Notes under the pieces: generated by a model
The model's database searches: none
Seen by the model: only the letters and a program-made list of their open reading frames with translations
Told to the model about the DNA's origin: nothing
DNA from: Candidatus Omnitrophota bacterium
Lineage (GTDB): Bacteria > Omnitrophota > Gorgyraeia > 2-01-FULL-45-10
Length of the DNA stretch: 64,000 nucleotides
Assembly (NCBI GenBank): GCA_020057115.1
Contig: JAGVGJ010000027.1
Location: 5,058 to 69,057, forward strand
Direction of reading: 5' to 3'
Shown here: positions 39,060 through 48,443 of the stretch, piece by piece
How the letters are laid out: each line of letters begins with the position of its first letter
How positions within the stretch are numbered: position 1 is the first letter of the stretch
Position numbers and translations under genes: made by a program

Positions 39060-41113
39060 GCAAATATCTGGTAATCGTAGAGTCGCCTGCGAAGGCGAAG
39101 ACCATAAACAAATTCCTCGGAAGCGACTATACCGTCACCTCAAGCTACGGCCACGTCATAGACCTTCCGAAGTCCAAACTCGGCGTGGATGTCGAGAATG
39201 ATTTTAAAGCCGAGTATATCGTCATACCGGAGAGGAAGAAGAACCTCGAGACGCTGAAGAAAGAGGCGAAGGGGAAGCTGGCCATATACCTGTGTCCTGA
39301 CCCTGATAGGGAGGGCGAGGCTATAAGCTGGCACATAAAGAACGCCCTTTCGCAGGTAAAGGCCAAGGGCAAGGATAAGGATAAAGACGTGCCTAAAAAG
39401 TTCTACAGGGTCACGTTCGACGAAATAACCAAGGATGCGGTGCTTACGGCCTTCAAGCATCCGCGAGAGATCGACACCAACCTTGTCAACGCCCAGCAGG
39501 CGCGGCGCATCCTCGACAGGATAGTGGGATATACGCTAAGCCCGCTTCTCTGGAAGAAAGTGTCCCGCGGGCTTTCGGCCGGCAGGGTGCAGTCCGTGGC
39601 TGTGCGCATCATAGTCGAGAGGGAGGAAGAGATAAAGCGCTTCAAGCCCCAGGAATACTGGGATATCGAAGCCGAGCTTAAGCGCAAGGCGGACAGCGAG
39701 AAGGAAAAATTCAAAGCCAAGCTCTCTAAATATAAAGGCAAAGATATTGAGATACATACCAAGGAAGAGTCCGAGAGGATAGTTGCGGCGCTAGAGAAGG
39801 CGCATTATGTGGTCGGAGACGTCAGGGAGACGAAGAAGAGAAAGAATGCGCTCGCTCCTTTTACTACCAGTAAGCTCCAGCAAGAGGCTTTTAACAAGCT
39901 GAGATTCCCCGCAGCCAAGACTATGCATGCCGCCCAGGGTCTTTACGAAGGCGTCGATATAGGGGGCGAGGGCGCGGTCGGTCTTATCACATACATGAGG
40001 ACCGACTCGGTCAGGATATCCAATGACGCGCAGGTTGCCGCAAAGGCGTATGTCCTGGAGAAGTTCGGCAAGAAATACTATCCCGAGATTCCCAACGTAT
40101 ATAAGTCGAAGAAGACTGCCCAGGAGGCGCACGAGGCGATACGCCCGGCCCTGCCATTGAGGGAGCCGAACGCCGTAAAGGATCACCTGTCTCCGGAACA
40201 ATTCAAGTTATACCAGCTTATATGGAACCGTTTCATAGCAAGCCAGATGGCGCCGGCGCTCTTTGCGCAGACCACTGTAGACATAAAGGCGGGGGATTAT
40301 CTCCTCAAGACGGGCGCGACGAGCGTGGTCTTCGACGGATTCACGGCAGTGTACGAAGAAGAGAATAAGGAGCCCGAAGAGAAAGAGGAAGAGAAGTATA
40401 AGCTTCCTATTCTTTCTATCGATGAGCCGCTCGACATGCTCGACCTCTTATGGACGCAGCATTTCACTAAGCCCCCTCCGAGGTATTCAGACGGATCTCT
40501 CGTCAAGACGCTCGAAGAGCTCGGCATCGGCAGGCCGTCGACTTACGCGCCTATCATATACACGATCGTTACGAGGGATTACGTGAGGCGCGAATCCGGA
40601 TACTTCAGGCCGACCGAGCTCGGCGTGATAGTGACGGAGCTTCTCTTAAAACACTTCCCGAAGGTCCTGGACGTGGAGTTCACCGCCAAGATGGAAGACG
40701 AGCTCGACGGAGTGGAAGAGGGCGAGATAGATTGGCTCACGGTCATGAAGAGCTTCTACTCGCCTTTCATACATACGGTTGAAGCGGCGAAGCTCCAGAT
40801 GAAGGATGTCAAAAAAGAGGTCGTTCCTACCGGCGAGCTATGCTCGATGTGCGGCAAGCCTATGGTCATAAAGTGGGGCAGGCGCGGCAAGTTCATGAGT
40901 TGTTCCGATTACCCGACCTGCAAGAATGCGAAGTCGATAACTTCAGGCGTTAAGTGCCCGGCCCAGGGCTGCGACGGCGAGCTTGTGGCGCGCCGCTCGG
41001 TTAGAGGGTCTTTCTACGGCTGCTCCCGGTTCCCGAAATGCCGTTATATCACCAAGAAACTGCCTGACGCCGCGGATGAAAAGCCCGAAGGCGAAGCGGC
41101 GGCGCAGGGATAG
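39056..41113 (+). CDS. topA: DNA topoisomerase I
   Basis: IVESPAKA, DPDREGE, SAGRVQS, ITYMRTDS, GIGRPSTY, C-terminal Zn ribbons. Confidence 0.97.
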   Translation: MSKYLVIVESPAKAKTINKFLGSDYTVTSSYGHVIDLPKSKLGVDVENDFKAEYIVIPERKKNLETLKKEAKGKLAIYLCPDPDREGEAISWHIKNALSQVKAKGKDKDKDVPKKFYRVTFDEITKDAVLTAFKHPREIDTNLVNAQQARRILDRIVGYTLSPLLWKKVSRGLSAGRVQSVAVRIIVEREEEIKRFKPQEYWDIEAELKRKADSEKEKFKAKLSKYKGKDIEIHTKEESERIVAALEKAHYVVGDVRETKKRKNALAPFTTSKLQQEAFNKLRFPAAKTMHAAQGLYEGVDIGGEGAVGLITYMRTDSVRISNDAQVAAKAYVLEKFGKKYYPEIPNVYKSKKTAQEAHEAIRPALPLREPNAVKDHLSPEQFKLYQLIWNRFIASQMAPALFAQTTVDIKAGDYLLKTGATSVVFDGFTAVYEEENKEPEEKEEEKYKLPILSIDEPLDMLDLLWTQHFTKPPPRYSDGSLVKTLEELGIGRPSTYAPIIYTIVTRDYVRRESGYFRPTELGVIVTELLLKHFPKVLDVEFTAKMEDELDGVEEGEIDWLTVMKSFYSPFIHTVEAAKLQMKDVKKEVVPTGELCSMCGKPMVIKWGRRGKFMSCSDYPTCKNAKSITSGVKCPAQGCDGELVARRSVRGSFYGCSRFPKCRYITKKLPDAADEKPEGEAAAQG

Positions 41114-41128
41114 GCCGGTAACGCGCGC

Positions 41129-42004
41129 ATGATCGAAAGATATATAGAGAAATTCATCAACTACCTTAAGGTCGAGAAGAATTCGTCGGAGCATACGATA
41201 ACGAATTATCTCGTGGACCTCAAGGTCTTCGGCGAGTTTTTAGGCGATAAGGATATTTCAAGCGTAGACCATCTCACTTTGCGCAGGTTCCTTGCCGATA
41301 TGCGCGCCAGGAACTACGCCAAGAGGACTGTCGCAAGGAAACTGGCGTCCTTGCGGACATTCTTCAAGTTCCTATTCAGGGAAGGCCTGATAAAGACGAA
41401 TCCCGCCACTGCGGTGATGACGCCCAAGCTCGATAAGCACCTCCCTAATATCCTCGATGTCGATAAGGTGGCAAAGCTCCTTGAAGCGCCTAGCGAGAAG
41501 ACGCTCGCAGGGCTGCGCGACAGGGCGATGTTCGAGACCCTCTATTCGACGGGCGCGCGGGTGAGCGAGCTGGTGGGACTGGACCAGGATGACGTCGATT
41601 TTATAAGCGGCGTGGTGAAGTTGTTCGGCAAGGGCAGGAAGGAACGGATAGTGCCGATAGGCGAGCCGGCGCTCAAGGCCATAAAGAGATACATAGATAA
41701 CAGGATCGGCGTCAAGGTCAAGGACCGTAACGCGATATTTTTGAATAAGGCCGGCGGCAGGTTGACCGACAGGAGCGTGCGCAGGATACTCGATAAGTAC
41801 ATACGCTTATCCAGCATAGTGATGAAGGTGTCGCCTCATTCGCTGCGCCACTCCTTTGCCACGCATCTTCTGGATAGGGGCGCCGACTTAAGAAGCGTTC
41901 AGGAGCTTTTGGGGCACATGAACCTTTCCACGACGCAGATATATACGCACGTGTCTACGGAAAGGCTCAAGGCCGTGTATGACAAGGCGCATCCGAGAGC
42001 GTGA
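41129..42004 (+). CDS. xerC: Tyrosine recombinase XerC
   Basis: TGARVSEL, GKGRKER, HSLRHSFATH, LLGH, TTQIYTH, HPRA; dprA-topA-xerC synteny. Confidence 0.9.
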   Translation: MIERYIEKFINYLKVEKNSSEHTITNYLVDLKVFGEFLGDKDISSVDHLTLRRFLADMRARNYAKRTVARKLASLRTFFKFLFREGLIKTNPATAVMTPKLDKHLPNILDVDKVAKLLEAPSEKTLAGLRDRAMFETLYSTGARVSELVGLDQDDVDFISGVVKLFGKGRKERIVPIGEPALKAIKRYIDNRIGVKVKDRNAIFLNKAGGRLTDRSVRRILDKYIRLSSIVMKVSPHSLRHSFATHLLDRGADLRSVQELLGHMNLSTTQIYTHVSTERLKAVYDKAHPRA

Positions 42005-42032
42005 AATGAAAGATGAAAAAAGATATATGGTA

Positions 42033-42113
42033 GGGTCTAGGGGCAAGGGTCCAGGGTCCAGAAAGAAAAAAACTATTTTTTTCCTGGACCCTGGACCCTG
42101 GACCCTGGACCCT
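42033..42113. repeat. Heptamer-repeat inverted hairpin
   Basis: GGGTCTA GGGGCAA GGGTCCA GGGTCCA - A/T-rich stem-loop - (TGGACCC)x4. Confidence 0.9.
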
Positions 42114-42130
42114 ACACAGAGGTTTGATCG

Positions 42131-43393
42131 ATGTTATACGACATAGGTTTCTTCATATTCTCAATTTTTTATTTGCCGACCCTTATATTTAAGGGAAAGC
42201 TGCACAAGGAGTTCTTGCAGAGGTTCGGGGCCTATGACAAGAAGACGATGGAATCCTTCCGTTCTCCGAGCGGCAAGATATGGGTGCAGGCGGTGTCTGT
42301 AGGAGAAGTTGCCTTGTGCAAGATATTCATACCTCTTCTGCGGGAAAGGTATCCCGGCAGGGAGATCGTGCTCTCGACCATAACAAAAACAGGCTATGAC
42401 CTGGCCAGGAAGAATTTCGAGCGTACCGCGACCATAATATATTTTCCGCTAGACTTCAGTTTTATCGTAAAGAAGGTCGTCTCCATCATAAGGCCTAAAT
42501 TGTATATCATGGTCGAGACGGAGATATGGCCCAACCTGCTGAAGGAGCTGGCCGGAAGCGGCGTGCCGTGCGTCATGGTGAATGGCCGGATATCGGACAG
42601 GTCTATAGGCAAGTACAGGCTGGTAAAGCCATTCCTTAAAGGGATACTTGAAAAGGTCATGCTCTTCTGCATGCGGAGCCAGGCGGACGCCGACAGGATA
42701 ATAGAGCTGGGCGCTCCGAGATCAAGGGTCAAGATCACCGGAAACATGAAGTTCGATATAGGGCCGGCTCCTAGATCGGGGAGCGCTAAGAGCGTTGTCG
42801 CCTCCCTGGGGCTTAAAGACGGCGAAAAGCTTTTTGTGGCAGGCTCGACGCATCCCGGCGAGGATGAGATGGTGCTCGAGTCATTTAAGGCGGTCAGCAA
42901 GGAATTAAGCAATATCAGGATCCTGATCGCGCCTCGCCATATCGAGCGCGTCGGGGATGTGGAGGCTGCGGTCAGAAAGTTCGGATTGGATCCTGTAAGG
43001 GTGTCGGAGTGCCGCGGCGACGGGCGCTCGGAGGTATTCATACTAGACACGATAGGCCAGTTGAACGACGTCTATTCCATAGCTACGCTCGTCTTTATAG
43101 GAGGCAGCCTCGTCAGGCACGGAGGCCACAATCCGATAGAGCCGGCGATATTCGAAAAGCCGATAATATTCGGGCCGCACATGTTCAATTTCAGGGATAC
43201 GGCATCCGTCTTCGTGCGAAGCAATGCCGCCATACAGGTGCATGACAAAGAGGCTTTCCTTGAAAAGGTGCGGATACTATTGAGGGATGAGGTCCAGAGA
43301 AAATGGCTGGGCGAGAATGCAAGGCGCGTTGTTGCGGAGAACCGCGGCGCGACCGAGCGGAACCTTAAAGCCATAAAAGAGGTCGCAAGATGA
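42131..43393 (+). CDS. waaA: 3-deoxy-D-manno-octulosonic acid (Kdo) transferase
   Basis: AVSVGE, FPLD, ETEIWPN, GNMKFD, AGSTHPGE, APRH, GGHNPIEPA. Confidence 0.95.
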   Translation: MLYDIGFFIFSIFYLPTLIFKGKLHKEFLQRFGAYDKKTMESFRSPSGKIWVQAVSVGEVALCKIFIPLLRERYPGREIVLSTITKTGYDLARKNFERTATIIYFPLDFSFIVKKVVSIIRPKLYIMVETEIWPNLLKELAGSGVPCVMVNGRISDRSIGKYRLVKPFLKGILEKVMLFCMRSQADADRIIELGAPRSRVKITGNMKFDIGPAPRSGSAKSVVASLGLKDGEKLFVAGSTHPGEDEMVLESFKAVSKELSNIRILIAPRHIERVGDVEAAVRKFGLDPVRVSECRGDGRSEVFILDTIGQLNDVYSIATLVFIGGSLVRHGGHNPIEPAIFEKPIIFGPHMFNFRDTASVFVRSNAAIQVHDKEAFLEKVRILLRDEVQRKWLGENARRVVAENRGATERNLKAIKEVAR

Positions 43394-44436
43394 GAGATCT
43401 TATTTATTCATTGATGACGGATAGGAAGAACGGCGCCCTGTTCGCGCCGCTCAAAGCCATCCTCTGGGCGGTTTCATTGTTATACGGCGCCGCCATAGCG
43501 ATAAGGGCCTTATTGTATAAGGCCGGCATATTTAAGGCGCACCGGGCGCCCGTAAAAGTGATAAGCGTCGGGAACCTGACGCTGGGCGGGACCGGCAAGA
43601 CGCCTTTTGTCATACATCTGGCCAAGATACTGAAGAAGGATATAAAAAGGGACACGAGCGTCCTCATAAGAGGTTACGGGTGGGATGAAACTGCGATGCT
43701 CAAGAACAGCCTCCCTGAGACGCCGATACTTGCCAGGGAAGACAGGGTCGATTCGGCCCATAAGGCATCAAGGCTTTACGGTTGCGATACAGCTGTCCTC
43801 GACGACGGTTTCCAGTATTGGGAGCTTAAGCGCGACCTCGAGATCGTTCTGGTGGACTCGAGGAACCCGTTCGGTAACGGAGCCCTCTTTCCGCGCGGCG
43901 TATTAAGGGAGCCTAAGAGCGCACTTCGCAGGGCCGATGTCATAGTATTCACCAAGGTAGATAAGAAGCTGGCAGATCTGAACGCCCTGCGCTCTGAGCT
44001 TAAGTCCATAAATCCAGGCCTCATATTCCTGGAGGCGAGGCACAGGCCCCTCTACCTATATGACATGAAGCTCAAGAAGAACCAGGAGATAGCTTTCCTT
44101 AAGGATAAGAAGGTGATGCTCCTTTCGAGCATCGGTGATCCTAAGTATTTCAAGGAGATGGTGAAGGGCCTTGGCGCAAATATAGTCGCTCATCTGATAT
44201 TCAAGGACCACCATGACTATAAGAAGAAGGATATTGATAATATAATAAAGGTCTGCGCTGAAAGGAAGTTCGATTTCATCCTGACCACGGAGAAGGACGC
44301 AGTGAAACTAAGCCGCCTTGGACTGTCGATAGCCAGCCACACCGTAATGGTGATCGTCGTCGACATGGAGATAACAAGCGGTAGGGAGAGCCTCGTTGCT
44401 AGACTACATAGCCTCTATAGCCGTAAGGGCGCTTAA
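43390..44436 (+). CDS. lpxK: Tetraacyldisaccharide 4'-kinase
   Basis: SVGNLTLGGTGKTP, LDDGFQ, PRGVLRE, DHH, TTEKDAVK. Confidence 0.95.
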   Translation: MRDLIYSLMTDRKNGALFAPLKAILWAVSLLYGAAIAIRALLYKAGIFKAHRAPVKVISVGNLTLGGTGKTPFVIHLAKILKKDIKRDTSVLIRGYGWDETAMLKNSLPETPILAREDRVDSAHKASRLYGCDTAVLDDGFQYWELKRDLEIVLVDSRNPFGNGALFPRGVLREPKSALRRADVIVFTKVDKKLADLNALRSELKSINPGLIFLEARHRPLYLYDMKLKKNQEIAFLKDKKVMLLSSIGDPKYFKEMVKGLGANIVAHLIFKDHHDYKKKDIDNIIKVCAERKFDFILTTEKDAVKLSRLGLSIASHTVMVIVVDMEITSGRESLVARLHSLYSRKGA

Positions 44437-46339
44437 TATAGTATTCAATATCGTGCCAATAAGCGCTAGCCTCTGGCTTGGCCGGCGCCTGGGAGGGCTT
44501 GTCTTCTTCCTTAACAAGAGAAGGCGCGTGATCGCCTACGCCAACCTGAAGGCCGCGTTCTCGAAAGAGAAATCGCCCCAAGAGCTCCGCAAGATAACCA
44601 AAGCCGTATATGTCAATATGGTCCAGACGTTCATGGAGATATTGAGCCTGACGAAGGTCGACAGGGCCTATGTAGATAAATATATCACCATTATCGACAG
44701 GCAGCATATGGACAATGCCGTGATCTCTGGTAGGGGCGCGATACTCCTGACCGGACACTACGGCGACTGGGAACTGTCGAGCATGACCAGCGCCTTGCAC
44801 GATTACCCCATCATGGTCCTGGTGAGAGAGCAGAAGATGAAACACCTGAACGAGTTGCTGAACCAGCTTCGTGAATCGAAAGGCTGCAAGGTCATTCGCA
44901 AGGGGATCGAGACAAAGAATATCCTCAAGGGGCTCAAGAAAGGCGAGGTCGTCGGCATTCTCTCTGACCAGGATGCCGGCAGAAATGGAATGTTCGTCAA
45001 CTTCTTCGGCCGCCCCACATCGACCCATACGGGCGCCATGGTAATGGCCCAGAGGATAGGGTGCGATATAATCCCGAATTTCATAGTGAGGACGAGGGGA
45101 CCGTATCATGTGCTGCATCTTGAGAAACCTTTCAATATCTCTCCGGACAGCGGCGAGGAAGGTGTCAGGCAGGGCCTGCAGAGTTACGCTAATGTGCTTG
45201 AAAAATATGTCAGGGCGCATCCGGAGCAGTGGCTATGGCTTCATAAGAGATGGAAATCCACGCCCGTACGGACGGTGCTTGTATTGAATGACGGCAAGGC
45301 AGGCCACTTGAACCAGTCGCTCTCCGTAGCGCGCGAGATACAGAAGGCCCGGACCACTCAAGGGTATGCCCTGGAAGATACGAGGATCACAGTTGTCGAT
45401 ATCAAATACAAGAGCCGGTTCAGACGCATAGCGCTCTCGGTCGCGGCCGCTCTATGCAGTTGGAGGTGTCACGGATGCATGCGTTGCATGAAAGCATGTC
45501 TCGAAAAAGAGAGCTACGATGTTCTCATGGGAACATATTCCGAATTCGTGGTCTCATGCGGATCGTCTACGGCTCCCGTGAACGCCTTCATGGCGATAGA
45601 GAATAACGCGAAGAACATATTGATAATGCGACCGTCGGCTCCGCTCGGATACGGAAAATTCAAGCTCGCCATAGTCCCCAGGCACGATAACCCGCCCAAG
45701 AGAAAGAACGTGGCGATCACTAGCATGGCGCCAAATCTCATAAACAGGGAGGCCTTAAAGGCCCAGGGCGAAAGACTTAAGGATATTTCCGGTGTCACCG
45801 GCGGCAAGACGATCGGTCTTTTGATAGGCGGGGATAATCCGGAGTTCTCCCTTACGGGCGATCTTATAAATAAGGTGATAGATTCGGCCGTCAGATTCTC
45901 CAGGGCGACGGGCGCGTCGATCCTGGCGACCACGTCGAGACGGACCTCAAAAGAGGTCGAGAGCATCCTGAAAGAGAAGCTTAAAGGCGACGCCGCCTGC
46001 AAGCTCCTAGTTATAGCCAATGAGAACAATATAGACGAAGCCGTGGGCGGGATCCTTGCATTGAGCGATATGATCATCGTTTCCGCCGAATCCGTGTCGA
46101 TGATATCCGAGGCCATAGCTTCCGGGAAGAAGGTCATCGCATTCGAACTCGAGAAGAAGGTCCAGGGGTCCACCAAGCACGAGAGGGTCCTTAAGAGCTT
46201 AGAGGATAGCGGCTATGTCGCCGTTGCCAAGCCCGAAGGGCTTTACGGGGCCCTGGAGAGTGCCTGGAATACGAATGTGACAGGGAAAGAAAGCGCGGAC
46301 AATCAGACGATCTATGATGCGGTCAGGAGACTGATATAG
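44396..46339 (+). CDS. Lipid A late acyltransferase (LpxL/HtrB-like) fused to an ELM1/GtrOC1-like domain
   Basis: GHYGDWE, DQDAG, PEQWLWLHKRWK; then DGKAGHLNQS, PRHD, LIGG, TTSRRT, ESVSMISEA. Confidence 0.85.
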   Translation: MLDYIASIAVRALNIVFNIVPISASLWLGRRLGGLVFFLNKRRRVIAYANLKAAFSKEKSPQELRKITKAVYVNMVQTFMEILSLTKVDRAYVDKYITIIDRQHMDNAVISGRGAILLTGHYGDWELSSMTSALHDYPIMVLVREQKMKHLNELLNQLRESKGCKVIRKGIETKNILKGLKKGEVVGILSDQDAGRNGMFVNFFGRPTSTHTGAMVMAQRIGCDIIPNFIVRTRGPYHVLHLEKPFNISPDSGEEGVRQGLQSYANVLEKYVRAHPEQWLWLHKRWKSTPVRTVLVLNDGKAGHLNQSLSVAREIQKARTTQGYALEDTRITVVDIKYKSRFRRIALSVAAALCSWRCHGCMRCMKACLEKESYDVLMGTYSEFVVSCGSSTAPVNAFMAIENNAKNILIMRPSAPLGYGKFKLAIVPRHDNPPKRKNVAITSMAPNLINREALKAQGERLKDISGVTGGKTIGLLIGGDNPEFSLTGDLINKVIDSAVRFSRATGASILATTSRRTSKEVESILKEKLKGDAACKLLVIANENNIDEAVGGILALSDMIIVSAESVSMISEAIASGKKVIAFELEKKVQGSTKHERVLKSLEDSGYVAVAKPEGLYGALESAWNTNVTGKESADNQTIYDAVRRLI

Positions 46340-46340
46340 C

Positions 46341-48443
46341 ATGAACATACTGCAGATATTGCCTTCGCTTGATATCGGCGGGGTCGAGACAGGGACCGTC
46401 GACCTTGCGAGGCATCTTGTCGTTAACGGCCACAGGGCCGTTGTCATATCAGGCGGAGGGAGGCTCGTTAAGGAGCTCGAGAGGGCTAATGCCCGTCACT
46501 ACACGCTTCCCGTAGGCAAGAAGTCTTTCTTTAATACCGTGAAGATGGTCAATGCGATAGCCTCCATAATAAAACAGGAAGATATCGACATAGTCCATGC
46601 CCGTTCGCGCGTTCCGGCGATCGCGGCATATTTCGCCTGCAAGCTTACGAACAGGATATTCATTACCACCGCCCATGGCCATTACAAAAAGCATCTGATG
46701 AGCGAAGTGATGGGGTGGGGTAAGTACGTCATAGTAGCATCGAACGCCATGGCTAAGCACATGTCAGGCGCGTTCGACGTCCCGCGGGGAAGGATCAGGT
46801 TGATCCCGCGCGGCGTGGACCTGGCGCGCTTTAATTTCAGGGACCCGCATGCGCATTTCTCGCAGAAATTCACTATCGGAATGGTCTCCCGGATAACGCC
46901 GCTTAAGGGACATGCCGATTTCCTGAAGGCTGTCGCCATGCTAAAGGGAAGGATCCCCGGCCTCAAGGTCCTGATCGTCGGAGAGGCGCCGAAATATAAG
47001 TATAGGGAAGAGCTCGAGAGGCTCTCGAACAGGCTCGGCCTGGCCGGCATCGTGGAGTTTACAGGCTCGAGCGATGACATACCGGAAATAATGTCGAAGC
47101 TCGACCTTCTCGTATCCGCCACCGTGACCCCGGAAGCATTCGGCCGCTCGATCATAGAGGCGCAGGCCTCAGGGGTGCCCGTGGTCGCGACGCGCGTCGG
47201 AGGCGTCGTGGACATAATAGAGGATGAGAAGAACGGCCTTCTGTGTCAGCCTTTTGCTCCGAGGGACATGGCCGGCCAGATATCGAGGATCTACGTCGAT
47301 AAAGATCTCTGGGCGTCCATAGCCATCGAGGGAAGAAAGCGCGTGAAGGAAAATTACGATCTGAAACTCATGATGACCAGGACGCTTGCCCTTTACGAGG
47401 AGGCGTTAAAGACGCAGAACATCCTCGTCATAAAGATGAGTGCCGTCGGCGACGTGATATTGAGTGTTCCTTCACTAAGGGCCATAAAAGCGAAATATCC
47501 GGATGCAGACATAAGAGTATTGATCGGCCGAGAAGCAAGGCCCGTCCTGGACAGGTGCCATTATATCAATGACAGGATAGTCTGCGACTTCAAGGGAAAG
47601 GACCGCGGCTTTTTGGGCCTCTGGCGCCTCGGCAGGGAGCTTAGAAAACACTGCTTCGACATGGTGATAGACCTGCAGAACAACAGGAAGAGCCACATGC
47701 TCTCGTTCTTGAGCTTCGCTCCTCTCCGGTACGGCTATGACAACAGGAAGCTCTCCGTGCTGCTCAACAGGAAGGTGAAGGATGATGCGCCGTATCTGGA
47801 TCCTGTAGAGCATCAGGCCAGGGTGCTGGCGCTTGCCGGCATAAAGAGCGAGGACAAGACCCTTGAGCTATGGCCTTCGGAATCAGATGATGCCGACGTC
47901 CAGAAGTTCCTTGACGATAACTGGGTCAAGCCCGGGCAGGAGCTTGTAGGGATAAACATAAGGGCGTCTTCGCGGTGGGAGTCGAAGAATTGGCCGGCAG
48001 GCTATATCGCCGAGCTGTGCGACAGGCTCGCCTCGGAGTTCAATATCAGGATAGTGCTGACCGGTTTAAAGAGCGATACGGGCCTGGCGAACAAGATAAC
48101 GAAATTAACGCGGTCGAAACCTGTCGTCGCGGTCGGCAGGACAGATATCCTTGAGCTGGCAAGCCTCATAAAGCGTTTCAAGGCGTACGTTACGCCGGAT
48201 TCCGCGCCTATGCATATCGCGGCTAGCGTCGCCGTGCCTTTCATAGCGCTATTCGGTCCGACGGACCCGGCCCGGCACCTTCCGCCGTCGAAACGCTTCG
48301 TCCTTCTCTATAAGACGCGGGAGCTCAGGTGCGGCCCTTGCTATAGCCCTAGATGCAGCAAGAACTTCAAGTGCATGCGCAAGATCAGCGTCGACGAGGT
48401 ATTTGACGCCATGAAGAAGTTCCTGGTGAAAGAGGATAGATGA
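46341..48443 (+). CDS. GT4 glycosyltransferase fused to a GT9 heptosyltransferase-like domain
   Basis: GGVE, HARSR, EAFGRSIIEA (GT4); SAVGDVIL, DLQ, KNWP, DSAPMHIAA, LFGPT (GT9). Confidence 0.9.
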   Translation: MNILQILPSLDIGGVETGTVDLARHLVVNGHRAVVISGGGRLVKELERANARHYTLPVGKKSFFNTVKMVNAIASIIKQEDIDIVHARSRVPAIAAYFACKLTNRIFITTAHGHYKKHLMSEVMGWGKYVIVASNAMAKHMSGAFDVPRGRIRLIPRGVDLARFNFRDPHAHFSQKFTIGMVSRITPLKGHADFLKAVAMLKGRIPGLKVLIVGEAPKYKYREELERLSNRLGLAGIVEFTGSSDDIPEIMSKLDLLVSATVTPEAFGRSIIEAQASGVPVVATRVGGVVDIIEDEKNGLLCQPFAPRDMAGQISRIYVDKDLWASIAIEGRKRVKENYDLKLMMTRTLALYEEALKTQNILVIKMSAVGDVILSVPSLRAIKAKYPDADIRVLIGREARPVLDRCHYINDRIVCDFKGKDRGFLGLWRLGRELRKHCFDMVIDLQNNRKSHMLSFLSFAPLRYGYDNRKLSVLLNRKVKDDAPYLDPVEHQARVLALAGIKSEDKTLELWPSESDDADVQKFLDDNWVKPGQELVGINIRASSRWESKNWPAGYIAELCDRLASEFNIRIVLTGLKSDTGLANKITKLTRSKPVVAVGRTDILELASLIKRFKAYVTPDSAPMHIAASVAVPFIALFGPTDPARHLPPSKRFVLLYKTRELRCGPCYSPRCSKNFKCMRKISVDEVFDAMKKFLVKEDR

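Noticed and set aside
39360-39390. AAGGAT-type microrepeat in topA (KAKGKDKDKD)
   Set aside because: A short in-frame low-complexity loop with no sign of phase variation.
41129-42004. Prophage or island integrase
   Set aside because: Typical housekeeping XerC in dprA-topA-xerC context, with no phage genes or att duplication.
32593-42113. CRISPR array
   Set aside because: The repeats are 7-bp tandem units in dispersed hairpins, with no repeat-spacer periodicity and no cas genes.
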